Part shown: piece after piece, positions 9,349 through 18,002 of the stretch
Layout: each line of letters starts with the position of its first letter
Numbering within the stretch: position 1 is the stretch's first letter
From: a virus
Taxonomy: Duplodnaviria > Caudoviricetes
Length of the DNA stretch: 64,000 bases
IMG/VR virus record: IMGVR_UViG_2788500220_000014
Span: 37,405-101,404 of that record
Direction: 5' to 3' (one strand)
Notes under the pieces: model-generated
The model's database searches: none
The model's input: only the letters and a program-made list of their open reading frames with translations
What the model was told of the DNA's origin: nothing
Made by a program: the position numbers and the translations under genes

Positions 9349-9556
9349 AGACACACTCCTTAATGCCGATGACAATCGATTCTTCAATGCACTTAGGGCA
9401 CCTGATATATTCTACACCCTTATCTTTATCATTCATTTGCCAGTATAGTGCCCACTCTTCTCCGAATGTCCGAATGAAGCTCCACGGACCAACAAACCAA
9501 TCAATACAACACTCAGGGATACCAGAATGCCTTCCACACTTAACATGATAATTCAT
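9335..9556 (-). CDS. Cys-rich hypothetical phage protein
   Basis: GRHSGIPECCIDWF..YIRCPKC; ATGA overlap. Confidence 0.65.
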   Translation of the reverse strand: MNYHVKCGRHSGIPECCIDWFVGPWSFIRTFGEEWALYWQMNDKDKGVEYIRCPKCIEESIVIGIKECVCENR

Positions 9557-9762
9557 TTTAAAATAATCCGTAAGTCCCGCCGGCGGGCAACACAAAGATC
9601 ACCGACGGGGTCTAGGTATATAACTGCCGGCTCACGCTTATTCGGTTTGAAAGCCTCTTCTGTAATCATTATAACAATTCCCGTCTTTCCCCACTCCCCA
9701 TCTCGCACCATCGGATCGGTTGGGAGCCTATCCCTATACTTAACCAAATCACCTACCTTCAT
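9553..9762 (-). CDS. small SH3/KOW-like protein
   Basis: MKVGDLVKY..TGIVI. Confidence 0.75.
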   Translation of the reverse strand: MKVGDLVKYRDRLPTDPMVRDGEWGKTGIVIMITEEAFKPNKREPAVIYLDPVGDLCVARRRDLRIILK

Positions 9763-10012
9763 AAATTAATTGAACCTTTTTTTGTTTGGTAAGCTTCTTA
9801 AAATAACTCTCTGCCTTTTGGGCGCTAGATCGATCTTCACATTCTTCCCAATACACTAATGAGACCGGACGTCGGGAACGTGTATATTTTGCACCCCGGG
9901 AACCTTCATTATGTTCTAGAACCCTACGCGGTATATCTGTTGTAACACCGGTATATAACGTATTATCACTACACTCTACAATATAAACAAACCACTTTTT
10001 TTTAGTCATCAT
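9749..10012 (-). CDS. GIY-YIG nuclease (UPF0213/YhbQ-like)
   Basis: WFVYIVECSDNTLYTGVTTDIPRRVLEHN.G..GAKYTRSRRPV. Confidence 0.92.
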   Translation of the reverse strand: MMTKKKWFVYIVECSDNTLYTGVTTDIPRRVLEHNEGSRGAKYTRSRRPVSLVYWEECEDRSSAQKAESYFKKLTKQKKVQLIYEGR

Positions 10013-10190
10013 CAACCAGCTCAAGCTCATCCTTATACAGGTGCTCAAATTCGCCTGTTGGCCAAAATATTAATCCGGCTGGAGGTAACGTCAGATCATT
10101 TACCTCAACAACAATCCCGACAGTCCTACCAAGCACATCAGTATATTCTTGTATACTTTGATTGACCCTGACAAGATCTCCGACTTTCAT
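10002..10190 (-). CDS. small SH3/KOW-like protein
   Basis: MKVGDLVRV..GIVV..W..ELELV. Confidence 0.75.
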   Translation of the reverse strand: MKVGDLVRVNQSIQEYTDVLGRTVGIVVEVNDLTLPPAGLIFWPTGEFEHLYKDELELVDDD

Positions 10191-10387
10191 AGTTCGCATA
10201 TTAACTCAACATGATCTTTAAGAAATGAAAAAGTTTTTTTATGTTGGGACGGAAAAATAACCTTGATTGCGCCCTCAAATTCTTCGATTATTAAGCCCAA
10301 TTCGTCAACCGGTGCATTTCTTTGAGCTGCCCTACGTTTTGATGCAAAAGTAACCCACTTAAGTTTAACAAGATCTCCGACTTTCAT
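10187..10387 (-). CDS. small SH3/KOW-like protein
   Basis: MKVGDLVKL..GLII. Confidence 0.75.
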   Translation of the reverse strand: MKVGDLVKLKWVTFASKRRAAQRNAPVDELGLIIEEFEGAIKVIFPSQHKKTFSFLKDHVELICEL

Positions 10388-10719
10388 TAATGATTCCGTT
10401 TACCGTCAAATACACATACAAATGTTAAATCCTCACATGAACTATCATTAAATACCTTATGAAATGCGCCATCCGGAATTAAGACTACATCACCTGGTCG
10501 GACGGGAAAGGTCTCATCAGCCACCATCATCACTCCTCGACCATGGACAAATTGGTATACCTCTTCCTGGCCGGGATGCGTGTGGCCTGTTGTCTCCTTA
10601 TTTGGGTGCAAAATTGTCTTAGATACCACCAGGCCCTGCAGTGATGTATTATCAATCACAATATACGTGCCATTGTTCTTTACGATCTTACCGCTAATAT
10701 CGTCGGTATTAACTTTCAT
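10387..10719 (-). CDS. cupin domain protein
   Basis: GHTHPGQEEVY..G.G..PGDVVLIPDGAFHKVFN. Confidence 0.9.
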   Translation of the reverse strand: MKVNTDDISGKIVKNNGTYIVIDNTSLQGLVVSKTILHPNKETTGHTHPGQEEVYQFVHGRGVMMVADETFPVRPGDVVLIPDGAFHKVFNDSSCEDLTFVCVFDGKRNH

Positions 10720-10943
10720 TTCCTCTCCTTGAATGGTGCACAATTTACCTTAAGGGTATCATTATCTTTTATGAACTGAATCCTATCACCTTCTTTGATT
10801 GTACATGGAATCATAGAACGAGGGATATGCATATACTCTAGCTTATTATCAGACATCTCAAACTCAACCAATACAGCGTTTCCGTGAATTTGGTCAATTA
10901 CACCAAAGAAACAAAATGCCAATAGTAGACTAAGCGTTTTCAT
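10716..10943 (-). CDS. small exported beta-barrel protein (DUF3006-like)
   Basis: GVIDQIHG..VLVE..IP..IKEGD. Confidence 0.55.
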   Translation of the reverse strand: MKTLSLLLAFCFFGVIDQIHGNAVLVEFEMSDNKLEYMHIPRSMIPCTIKEGDRIQFIKDNDTLKVNCAPFKERK

Positions 10944-11209
10944 TGTTGTACCGACTCAACTGATGTGTGAAATCCCTCGATGTCCCAAACCTGATCAGCT
11001 GCCTCTAAGGCATCATCCATGGTATCGAACTTTAAGGCCTTATTATTACCCCACCCTTCGACTACTTCAACCTTACCTGGTGGCCAGGCACGATTCCAGT
11101 TAGGATCAATATCTGATACGAACTCATTAGTTCCGCCAATTCGAATTGTAAAAGGCCCTTTTTCACGATCATCTTCGAAAAATGTTACTCCGGGATGTAA
11201 ACTACTCAT
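10940..11209 (-). CDS. hypothetical protein
   Basis: 89-aa ORF with overlapping stop/start junctions. Confidence 0.7.
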   Translation of the reverse strand: MSSLHPGVTFFEDDREKGPFTIRIGGTNEFVSDIDPNWNRAWPPGKVEVVEGWGNNKALKFDTMDDALEAADQVWDIEGFHTSVESVQQ

Positions 11210-11378
11210 TAATTACCTCAAATTCAGATTTATCTAAAAACCATATACCATTCTCAAATGAAACAGCCCAAACAGATCCTTCTCCAGGATCTTCATATAA
11301 AAGTACTCCGCACCAGGTTAATTGTACATCAACCTTCTCTATTAAATTAGTTAATCTAACTAAATCGCCTGACTTCAT
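11202..11378 (-). CDS. small SH3/KOW-like protein, 58 aa, absent from ORF track
   Basis: Manual translation MKSGDLVRLTNLIEKVDVQLTWCGVLLY...EFEVINE. Confidence 0.7.
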   Translation of the reverse strand: MKSGDLVRLTNLIEKVDVQLTWCGVLLYEDPGEGSVWAVSFENGIWFLDKSEFEVINE

Positions 11379-11565
11379 TTACTAACCTCACACGTCTCTG
11401 GAGAATCCAGCCGATTCCTACATCCCATAATACCTCAACGATTAATTCATTTGATAAACCAGTATTTCGAGACCTATAAACATCGGTGTTTGTTATTATA
11501 CCTACAGTTCTTCCTTGTGACTCGTCCGGATGGTCATTATATTCAACCAGGTCACCAATCTTCAT
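11356..11565 (-). CDS. small SH3/KOW-like protein
   Basis: MKIGDLVEY..GIIT..VEVLW. Confidence 0.75.
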   Translation of the reverse strand: MKIGDLVEYNDHPDESQGRTVGIITNTDVYRSRNTGLSNELIVEVLWDVGIGWILQRRVRLVNEVRRFS

Positions 11566-11774
11566 TACACAGTCTCCATATCATCAACAGGAAATCTATA
11601 CGCTCCAGATTCCGAAATGCATTCAACAACTGGGTCAATTCTAAATTGATGTGTATGAGATATAACATCAGTTACAAGCATGATCTCATCGAATAGCCAG
11701 CAATCATATACAGCTTCATGAGGCTCTTCACCTCTAAGCTCCTTTCGAATTCGAACCAAGTCACCGACTCTCAT
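11565..11774 (-). CDS. small SH3/KOW-like protein
   Basis: MRVGDLVRI. Confidence 0.75.
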   Translation of the reverse strand: MRVGDLVRIRKELRGEEPHEAVYDCWLFDEIMLVTDVISHTHQFRIDPVVECISESGAYRFPVDDMETV

Positions 11775-11976
11775 GAATTTCCCTTAGTTGCCAATCATAA
11801 AAGTCCATCTCCTCGCCCGTGGAGGGGATTAATACGTTAACTACCAATGTGACGTCTTCCTCATCATTGTCGGCGCGCCAGGCAAGCTTAGAATTAAGAA
11901 CGATACCGAACCTACCACGGTTACATTCACCTGCTGCTGCATGATCTTCAATTTGCACTAACGCGCCAATGGTCAT
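11761..11976 (-). CDS. small SH3/KOW-like protein
   Basis: MTIGALVQI..GIVL. Confidence 0.7.
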   Translation of the reverse strand: MTIGALVQIEDHAAAGECNRGRFGIVLNSKLAWRADNDEEDVTLVVNVLIPSTGEEMDFYDWQLREIHESR

Positions 11977-11980
11977 ATTA

Positions 11981-12172
11981 TCATCCATTCTTTTGAAGTG
12001 GTACCACAGTATAATGTGCACATCGACGTAGCGCACCATGCAGAAGGACAATATAATCAATTGACATCATCGACCCACCCCGCCTAGATTGTTGATCAAT
12101 CTTTGTTATAATGCCGATCAACTCTTCAGGAGATTGTGGATCATCGACTTGTACCAGGTCACCGACGTTCAT
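11981..12172 (-). CDS. small SH3/KOW-like protein
   Basis: MNVGDLVQV..GIITKI. Confidence 0.75.
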   Translation of the reverse strand: MNVGDLVQVDDPQSPEELIGIITKIDQQSRRGGSMMSIDYIVLLHGALRRCAHYTVVPLQKNG

Positions 12173-12350
12173 TCATTTCTCCAACGCAATAATTGTAACC
12201 ATCTTCTGACATATCTCTAATCTCTTCCATACAATCCATAATAGAGTACATACGGTCGGTATTTGGGACTACCCATGCAAAATACCACATCATACATAGC
12301 ATCATAATTGCTGCAACAAAAATAATATTTGAGATAATTTCTTTACTCAT
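12159..12350 (-). CDS. small membrane protein
   Basis: Single TM helix then Cys pair. Confidence 0.65.
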   Translation of the reverse strand: MSKEIISNIIFVAAIMMLCMMWYFAWVVPNTDRMYSIMDCMEEIRDMSEDGYNYCVGEMNERR

Positions 12351-12525
12351 TAATCGACCCCACGTTACACTCACTAATTAATACTAAAGTTTTAAGATCA
12401 CACCATTTGTCACATTCGACCCAACCCTGAAATGCTACCCACGCGTACCCTTCATCTATAGATGTTATTAGACCGAGCCCTAAATGCTTATGAATAACAT
12501 GCTTTACCAGGTCGCCGGCTTTCAT
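12343..12525 (-). CDS. small SH3/KOW-like protein
   Basis: MKAGDLVKH..LGLGLIT. Confidence 0.75.
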   Translation of the reverse strand: MKAGDLVKHVIHKHLGLGLITSIDEGYAWVAFQGWVECDKWCDLKTLVLISECNVGSINE

Positions 12526-12986
12526 GAAGTACCCTGCACATCTTTAGGCATATGACGAAAAACAAAATATGGGTAATAGTCATCCATATTGTCAGTTCCA
12601 AACTCAAGCCAGATATGGCCATCATTTACATCAACTAACCGATACCCTTGGCATGCTTCTGAGCCCCAGCTATCTCCCCTTTTTTCTCCATCATACACTT
12701 CAATACGAACTTTACCAAGTGATGTACGAAAGAAAATAGAGTTTGACTGGCTGCCGTACTCAATCACTCCGAGATGTGATCGGTAACCATCATCCGGATC
12801 TTCAAGCACCTTGAAAATAATATCGTCAAGCTTAAACTCATGTGCAGCATCGTCAGCACCGAAGTATTCAAGTTCCATACCTTCAAGGGCTGAGAAATGC
12901 GCAAATACTTGCTTCCAATATGGGCGGTGGCGCTCATTCTCGTCCCAATCCTCATTGGCGCTATGTGAGAAATAATCTGGTATCAT
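12522..12986 (-). CDS. hypothetical phage protein
   Basis: EDPDDGYRS..FGTDNMDDYYP; ATGA overlaps. Confidence 0.8.
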   Translation of the reverse strand: MIPDYFSHSANEDWDENERHRPYWKQVFAHFSALEGMELEYFGADDAAHEFKLDDIIFKVLEDPDDGYRSHLGVIEYGSQSNSIFFRTSLGKVRIEVYDGEKRGDSWGSEACQGYRLVDVNDGHIWLEFGTDNMDDYYPYFVFRHMPKDVQGTS

Positions 12987-13231
12987 AGTCGGCTCATCCT
13001 AATTGCTTCTGAAATATTTCTTGTAAAGTCGCTGTTGAACTCGTCACACTCTGGGCGATCTGGGCGCCGGCCGTGGACCTTGAGTGCACTGGTTACCTCA
13101 TCATCCTTAATAGAAAAACTAATTGTCGTGCCATTTTCCCTAACATCGATCCATTGCTCATAACTAGCGCACTGTTCTTCCGGCAAGTATCCGTTTTTTA
13201 AAAGTTTATTTTGTAGAAGTTTAAGCTTCAT
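12983..13231 (-). CDS. hypothetical protein
   Basis: GAGGTG RBS; operon packing. Confidence 0.65.
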   Translation of the reverse strand: MKLKLLQNKLLKNGYLPEEQCASYEQWIDVRENGTTISFSIKDDEVTSALKVHGRRPDRPECDEFNSDFTRNISEAIRMSRL

Positions 13232-13436
13232 GAGCCACCTCAAATTTATCTGTAGCAAAGTCAGAAACCGTTGCCTTCCGACCATGGTATGGGATAGGCT
13301 GGACCCATTCTACACGAATGTGCTTAATACCATCCTTTGATATCGACGGACCGGCAATGATGATACCGAGCTGACCAAAAAACCATTTGGCGTATGTTCC
13401 ATTATCTGTAAACATTACTACATCACCGATCTTCAC
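13221..13436 (-). CDS. small SH3/KOW-like protein
   Basis: VKIGDVVMF..LGIII..RVEW. Confidence 0.75.
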   Translation of the reverse strand: MKIGDVVMFTDNGTYAKWFFGQLGIIIAGPSISKDGIKHIRVEWVQPIPYHGRKATVSDFATDKFEVAHEA

Positions 13437-13437
13437 T

Positions 13438-13731
13438 TTATTCCCCTACTAGTTCTTGTGCAATTTTTTCTGATAGCCATACATATGGATCACCATCCCT
13501 TGCTTTTTGTGTACCATATGGCATTTCGTCACGATAATATTCTAGAAATATTTCATAAGGTGATATGGGCCAGCCGGTAACTGGATCTTTACGAGAAGTA
13601 GTAGCAAACCCTACATCATCGCCGTCAAGGACGAATGCCAACGTTGCAGCAATTTCTTGTGCATTTAGGCCGATTCCGTATTCATGAACAAGGCCGGTCA
13701 AAAAATGACCTGTATCTAAAACTTTACTCAC
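13438..13731 (-). CDS. hypothetical phage protein
   Basis: EMPYGTQKARDGDPYVW motif. Confidence 0.75.
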   Translation of the reverse strand: MSKVLDTGHFLTGLVHEYGIGLNAQEIAATLAFVLDGDDVGFATTSRKDPVTGWPISPYEIFLEYYRDEMPYGTQKARDGDPYVWLSEKIAQELVGE

Positions 13732-13933
13732 TGATTACCTCAATCAAATCTTTTTGGATTGTACTAATTCGATCACCATTAGGTGCATTACGTTCGAACC
13801 ACATAACCTCCGCACAAGTATATGCAGAGCCTACCGACCCATTTGATGCCTTTCTTTTAAAGGTGCGCATTCCCATAAAGAGACCCATCTCTTCAGGGTA
13901 TTTTTTATTTTTTACCAAATCACCCGGCTTCAT
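13724..13933 (-). CDS. small SH3/KOW-like protein
   Basis: MKPGDLVKN..AEVMW..LIEVISE. Confidence 0.75.
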   Translation of the reverse strand: MKPGDLVKNKKYPEEMGLFMGMRTFKRKASNGSVGSAYTCAEVMWFERNAPNGDRISTIQKDLIEVISE

Positions 13934-14114
13934 TAATTGCCTCAACATCCTTTCGCATATTACGTCCAATAGCACCATCCAAAAAATTCCAGCTTACATA
14001 AACCCAATTTGTTTCAAGTTTAGTAATAATACCAACAGCGCTAGGGTCATGACCCTCTGTAAATCTTACCAAGTCTCCAACTTTCAAAAGAAGCCGTTTA
14101 CCATATGATTTCAT
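13920..14114 (-). CDS. small SH3/KOW-like protein
   Basis: LKVGDLVRF..GIITK..VYVSW. Confidence 0.75.
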   Translation of the reverse strand: MKSYGKRLLLKVGDLVRFTEGHDPSAVGIITKLETNWVYVSWNFLDGAIGRNMRKDVEAINEAG

Positions 14115-14347
14115 ACAATCACCTCAAAAGTACTTTGGCCATAATTGCCGCAGCGTACCGTTTCGCCATCGACGGAAAGCACAACGTCACAGTAACCAGA
14201 TAGAGGCGGATTATTAAGCCTATCCGGCCGGACATCAATTACCACCCCAACATGCCCAGGCTCGATGGGCTTCCACCCACGGCTCTCATTGACTACTGGG
14301 TTTGTGCGTACGTACATAACATTTCTTACCATGTCACCGATTTTCAT
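14111..14347 (-). CDS. small SH3/KOW-like protein
   Basis: MKIGDMVRN..GVVIDV; AGGAG RBS. Confidence 0.75.
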   Translation of the reverse strand: MKIGDMVRNVMYVRTNPVVNESRGWKPIEPGHVGVVIDVRPDRLNNPPLSGYCDVVLSVDGETVRCGNYGQSTFEVIV

Positions 14348-14537
14348 TTTTAATCTCCTTAAGGTCGCCAGTATCAGCGCCCATTGTTTCACCGTTATCG
14401 TAAAGCACCAACCATTCCCATTCAAGAATATCTCCTGCAGCAAGAGAGCTGGTGCCTTTACCCACTTCAATATTGGGACCGTCGATTACAATACCACTCC
14501 TACCGAGGGCATAATCAAAAATCAACTTACCAATCAT
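14334..14537 (-). CDS. small SH3-like protein
   Basis: MIGKLIFD..GIVI..WLVLYDNG. Confidence 0.65.
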   Translation of the reverse strand: MIGKLIFDYALGRSGIVIDGPNIEVGKGTSSLAAGDILEWEWLVLYDNGETMGADTGDLKEIKNENR

Positions 14538-14538
14538 C

Positions 14539-14778
14539 TTATCTCCAAAGAGTGACGAGAGTTCCAAACTCCCGATCGAAAGTATAAAGTAGGCCCTCAT
14601 AATCCGATAGCCTCATCTCGTCAAGAACACGTTCGGTATACATATCATCATATCCCAACTTCTTGCAGAGACTTGAGGCAAGGCCTAATAGATAATATGC
14701 ATTACCCTTTGGGCCGGTAAGATCAACTTCAATCGGCGTTGGGCCCCGCGGACGATCTCTCAAAGATTTGATAGCCAT
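14539..14778 (-). CDS. conserved phage hypothetical protein
   Basis: IEVDLTGPKGNAYYLLG..DYEGLL.TFDREFG. Confidence 0.8.
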   Translation of the reverse strand: MAIKSLRDRPRGPTPIEVDLTGPKGNAYYLLGLASSLCKKLGYDDMYTERVLDEMRLSDYEGLLYTFDREFGTLVTLWR

Positions 14779-15053
14779 TATACAACCTCCACATAATTTG
14801 TGGTCTGGTCAGACCAGGTAGGTGTTCCGTTAACTGGAGGGGTAACAATACGGCCAACCCGGCGATCTTCTTCCTTACCTCCAAAAACATCACGATCCAC
14901 AAGGATACGATATCGTTGGCATCCCTCGATGTGATCGAAACCAATAACCTCACCCTCAACGTAACATGCTCGTTCTCCAGAAAGGTCGCGACCATAACCA
15001 TCATCCTGAGCAAAGTCGAACGAACGAACTCGATTTCCAATTTGAATGTCCAT
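14778..15053 (-). CDS. small SH3-like phage protein, first gene after promoter
   Basis: MDIQIGNRVRSFDF..CYVEG.V; AAGGAGG RBS. Confidence 0.8.
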   Translation of the reverse strand: MDIQIGNRVRSFDFAQDDGYGRDLSGERACYVEGEVIGFDHIEGCQRYRILVDRDVFGGKEEDRRVGRIVTPPVNGTPTWSDQTTNYVEVV

Positions 15054-15078
15054 AATGTTTCCTCCTTGGTATGGTTAT

Positions 15079-15107
15079 ATTATACAACAGGAGGCACCAA
15101 ATTGCAC
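15079..15107 (-). promoter_or_regulatory. phage promoter GTGCAA-N17-TATAAT heading the small-gene array
   Basis: Conserved motif found five times in the window. Confidence 0.75.
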
Positions 15108-15248
15108 GAAAATGTCAGATTAAAAAGCCTATTGTTATTATATAGTTACGCCTAGGGTCCTCTAGAGACCATTTTATGACCTCCCAGGCACCTATTGGGG
15201 CTTATAAACAAACTAATATATGGTGTATAATTGCAAAAAGGAGTGTTT

Positions 15249-15569
15249 ATGGGACTAATTGATGTATTGGCGCAACTTATTCCGGGCCTTGGTACCAGAG
15301 AACGAGAAAGATCAAAATTAGCTAAAGAAAATTTAGCACTTTCAGAAAAACTACTGCATGCAGAACAAAAAAATGCCGCCATGCTTCAAAAGTTGTTTCA
15401 TGGTCGGCAAACACTAGAACAAGAAATTAATGATATGTATAGAATGTATGATGAAGGAGTACTTGATCGAATGCAGGATCCTGTAAAAGGCCTTGTCTGT
15501 CTATACACTCATATGGTTTGTTCACATCTTGGTTTCGAAAATCCGATACCTATTGAGTTTGATGCCTGA
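15249..15569 (+). CDS. hypothetical coiled-coil protein
   Basis: AAGGAG RBS; ~106 aa. Confidence 0.65.
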   Translation: MGLIDVLAQLIPGLGTRERERSKLAKENLALSEKLLHAEQKNAAMLQKLFHGRQTLEQEINDMYRMYDEGVLDRMQDPVKGLVCLYTHMVCSHLGFENPIPIEFDA

Positions 15570-15713
15570 TTCATTTAATAGCTTTGCACGGTATATTGAA
15601 AACTGTTGGTACGATTGGCCTCCCTGGACTAGTTCAAGCTCTTCATCGCTTAGTTCTGTTACATCTTTAAGATCTTCTTGTGCGGCCTGAGGCTTATTTG
15701 TTTTCATCTTCAT
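15522..15713 (-). CDS. double-glycine-leader peptide (bacteriocin/RiPP precursor-like)
   Basis: ELSDEELELVQGG followed by a 31-aa putative core. Confidence 0.55.
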   Translation of the reverse strand: MKMKTNKPQAAQEDLKDVTELSDEELELVQGGQSYQQFSIYRAKLLNESGIKLNRYRIFETKM

Positions 15714-15945
15714 CTTCTTTTTGAGACTTTTTGCTCCACTTATCTTTGGGCATTAATTTTTCAATTCTGAAGCTTAAAGCTTTCATACCATTAACAGTAG
15801 GCTGTCCAAGGTCATCTACACCTATTTCTTTAACTGTTGTTCTTTTATTTTTAAAACGACCGGTAAGAATAATGTCACCCTTTTCTAAATCTAGCTCTAA
15901 CATTTCCCTTATTATCATTCTTAATTGACGCTCAGTAGTCTTCAT
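15694..15945 (-). CDS. leader-tagged protein (MKTTERQLRMIIRE)
   Basis: Shared leader; KGDIILTGRFKNK..GQPTVNG. Confidence 0.8.
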   Translation of the reverse strand: MKTTERQLRMIIREMLELDLEKGDIILTGRFKNKRTTVKEIGVDDLGQPTVNGMKALSFRIEKLMPKDKWSKKSQKEDEDENK

Positions 15946-16468
15946 TGTGGTGCCTAATTGTAAGAGCATGTTCCAATGATTGCTCAAGTTCTTTAGTAAT
16001 CCCTGTCAGAGCGTTGTATATTGCACCTAGTACTTTAGGGTCGGGCTCACCATGTGGACCAGCATATCCGAGCTCTGCTACAAGGTCCATTATTTGTTGA
16101 TATGCATCCTCATACGTAGTCTGATCTGCACCATCGTAGCCATATGGCCCTTTTTTGAGCTCTTCTTTGATATTTTTAATACGCCTGGAATATTGCTTAA
16201 TTGCATTTTCAGCAGCATAAAGGTACGGGCGGCTATAGTCTTTAGCAGGCATGCCCTCTTTTTCCCTAATACTATCTATATCATTTCGAAGTGAAAGAAG
16301 ATCTTCTATAGAGACATTAATATCATCGCTAGCGCCCATGGGACTAAGAAGCTGACCGTTTATAAAAGACACCAGCCTATCTTCACGCGATTCAAGACTT
16401 TGAAGGCTTGGCATGCCCACCATCGATTCTCTAATAATTTTCCTAAGCTGTCGTTTTGTAATCTTCAT
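15932..16468 (-). CDS. leader-tagged protein (putative head internal protein)
   Basis: MKITKRQLRKIIRES. Confidence 0.8.
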   Translation of the reverse strand: MKITKRQLRKIIRESMVGMPSLQSLESREDRLVSFINGQLLSPMGASDDINVSIEDLLSLRNDIDSIREKEGMPAKDYSRPYLYAAENAIKQYSRRIKNIKEELKKGPYGYDGADQTTYEDAYQQIMDLVAELGYAGPHGEPDPKVLGAIYNALTGITKELEQSLEHALTIRHHNEDY

Positions 16469-16765
16469 TTACCTGCGGTTCCTTGTTGCCGGTGAAGTAT
16501 GATGTTCTTCAGGGGGAATGGTCTTAGACTGCCTAACTTCTCTAGCGACAACCTCTAGAGCATGTGCAATACTCTCAACATATATAGGATTAATCCATAC
16601 ATCTTCGCCGATCATATCCTGAGAAAATTCTTCCTCGATGTAGTTCCAAACTCCATTTTGTACGCCACGTGAGATGCCCTCTTCAACATCCGGGCTCATC
16701 TCAGAAAGAAGGCGCGCTTTCTCTTCTTTAATGATTCTTCTTAGTTGTCTCTTTGTGGTTCTCAT
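16469..16765 (-). CDS. leader-tagged protein
   Basis: MRTTKRQLRRIIKEEKARLLSE. Confidence 0.8.
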   Translation of the reverse strand: MRTTKRQLRRIIKEEKARLLSEMSPDVEEGISRGVQNGVWNYIEEEFSQDMIGEDVWINPIYVESIAHALEVVAREVRQSKTIPPEEHHTSPATRNRR

Positions 16766-16806
16766 AATGTTATTTCCTTAAGTCCCGGTGCATCCCAACT
16801 GGGTGG

Positions 16807-17601
16807 TTACCGGCCTGCTGCCCGGGTGAAAATCTTGATTATCTCTGATAGCGCATGCGCTTCTTCATCATTGGCCGGAGGTTCATAAAAATAATATTCT
16901 CCGATCCACCGAGTTCCGTGTGGGCCTGGAGAAGGGGAGACAGCTTCGGCCATGGCTAAAATAATCTTGAGTACCCCTACCTGGGTCGGCTCCGGCGGAT
17001 CCTCTGGTAAATCTTTACTGAAACTGCCACCATAACCTTCGGTGCTCATAGTATATTCAACGGCTTTAGAGATGTACCCTAGAATTCCACTGGCCCCATG
17101 TCGCTCTAAAACATCCTGGTATCGGTTATCCTGAGGGCCTTTGAATGCTTTATGAAGATGAAAATCGAATTGCCTTGCAGTTGCTAGATCTGTCTGATAT
17201 TGATCCACATCAGCCTTGCCGCGTCCAGAATCCCACCAGCTCCCCTTGAACCATGCAGGTGTAGATATACTCTTCCTACCCTTCTTCCTGCCCTTCTTCC
17301 TGCCCTTCTTCCGAGGAAGAGTGGCAGCCAAAGTATCTAACCAGCCTGGTTGATTATTGGATATCCAGTCTAATTGTTCATCCCAATCCAGGTCTTGTTC
17401 ATATCCCGGGATTTTTTCCCATAAACCTGCATTAACTAAGTCATCTGCCAAAGCATTAGCGCCGTCGGTCATTGAATGCATATCCGATATTTCATCATAC
17501 TTTGCATATAACCTATCATATGCTGGCCCGCCACCCTCTGAAATGACCCGGGCCACTTCTTCTTTAATGATTCTTCGCAGTTGGCACTTGGTAATTTTCA
17601 T
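16807..17601 (-). CDS. leader-tagged protein with RKKG repeats
   Basis: MKITKCQLRRIIKEE; (RKKG)3. Confidence 0.8.
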   Translation of the reverse strand: MKITKCQLRRIIKEEVARVISEGGGPAYDRLYAKYDEISDMHSMTDGANALADDLVNAGLWEKIPGYEQDLDWDEQLDWISNNQPGWLDTLAATLPRKKGRKKGRKKGRKSISTPAWFKGSWWDSGRGKADVDQYQTDLATARQFDFHLHKAFKGPQDNRYQDVLERHGASGILGYISKAVEYTMSTEGYGGSFSKDLPEDPPEPTQVGVLKIILAMAEAVSPSPGPHGTRWIGEYYFYEPPANDEEAHALSEIIKIFTRAAGR

Positions 17602-18002
17602 TATACTTTATCCCTTTTCGAAAGTACTGATACTCCAATTGCAGAATATATTTCCGGACCTACATGGTGATTAACTTGTTTAAGCTTTATACCCTGCCAA
17701 TTAATCGGGGGCTCCAAATAATCAGTCGGAGGAAGTGCTGCACCCTCCGCTTTTAAAGCTTTCCATGCTATGTCCCTATCAGACTTGTCATCAAAAATAA
17801 CCATGTTTCGAATAGAGAACATCGTTTGCCCGCCTTTGCCTCTTTCTGATCGTTGTCCGGATTTTGGAAGGTTATTTAGAGGCTGGCCACCAAAGCGGTC
17901 TGCTATAGCAACAGTTGCAGACCCTACATCCCATTGATTTTCTGAAAGCATTTCAAGTTCTTCTTTAATGATTCGCCTGAGTTGTCTTTGAGTAATTTTC
18001 AT
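17601..18002 (-). CDS. leader-tagged protein
   Basis: MKITQRQLRRIIKEE. Confidence 0.8.
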   Translation of the reverse strand: MKITQRQLRRIIKEELEMLSENQWDVGSATVAIADRFGGQPLNNLPKSGQRSERGKGGQTMFSIRNMVIFDDKSDRDIAWKALKAEGAALPPTDYLEPPINWQGIKLKQVNHHVGPEIYSAIGVSVLSKRDKV

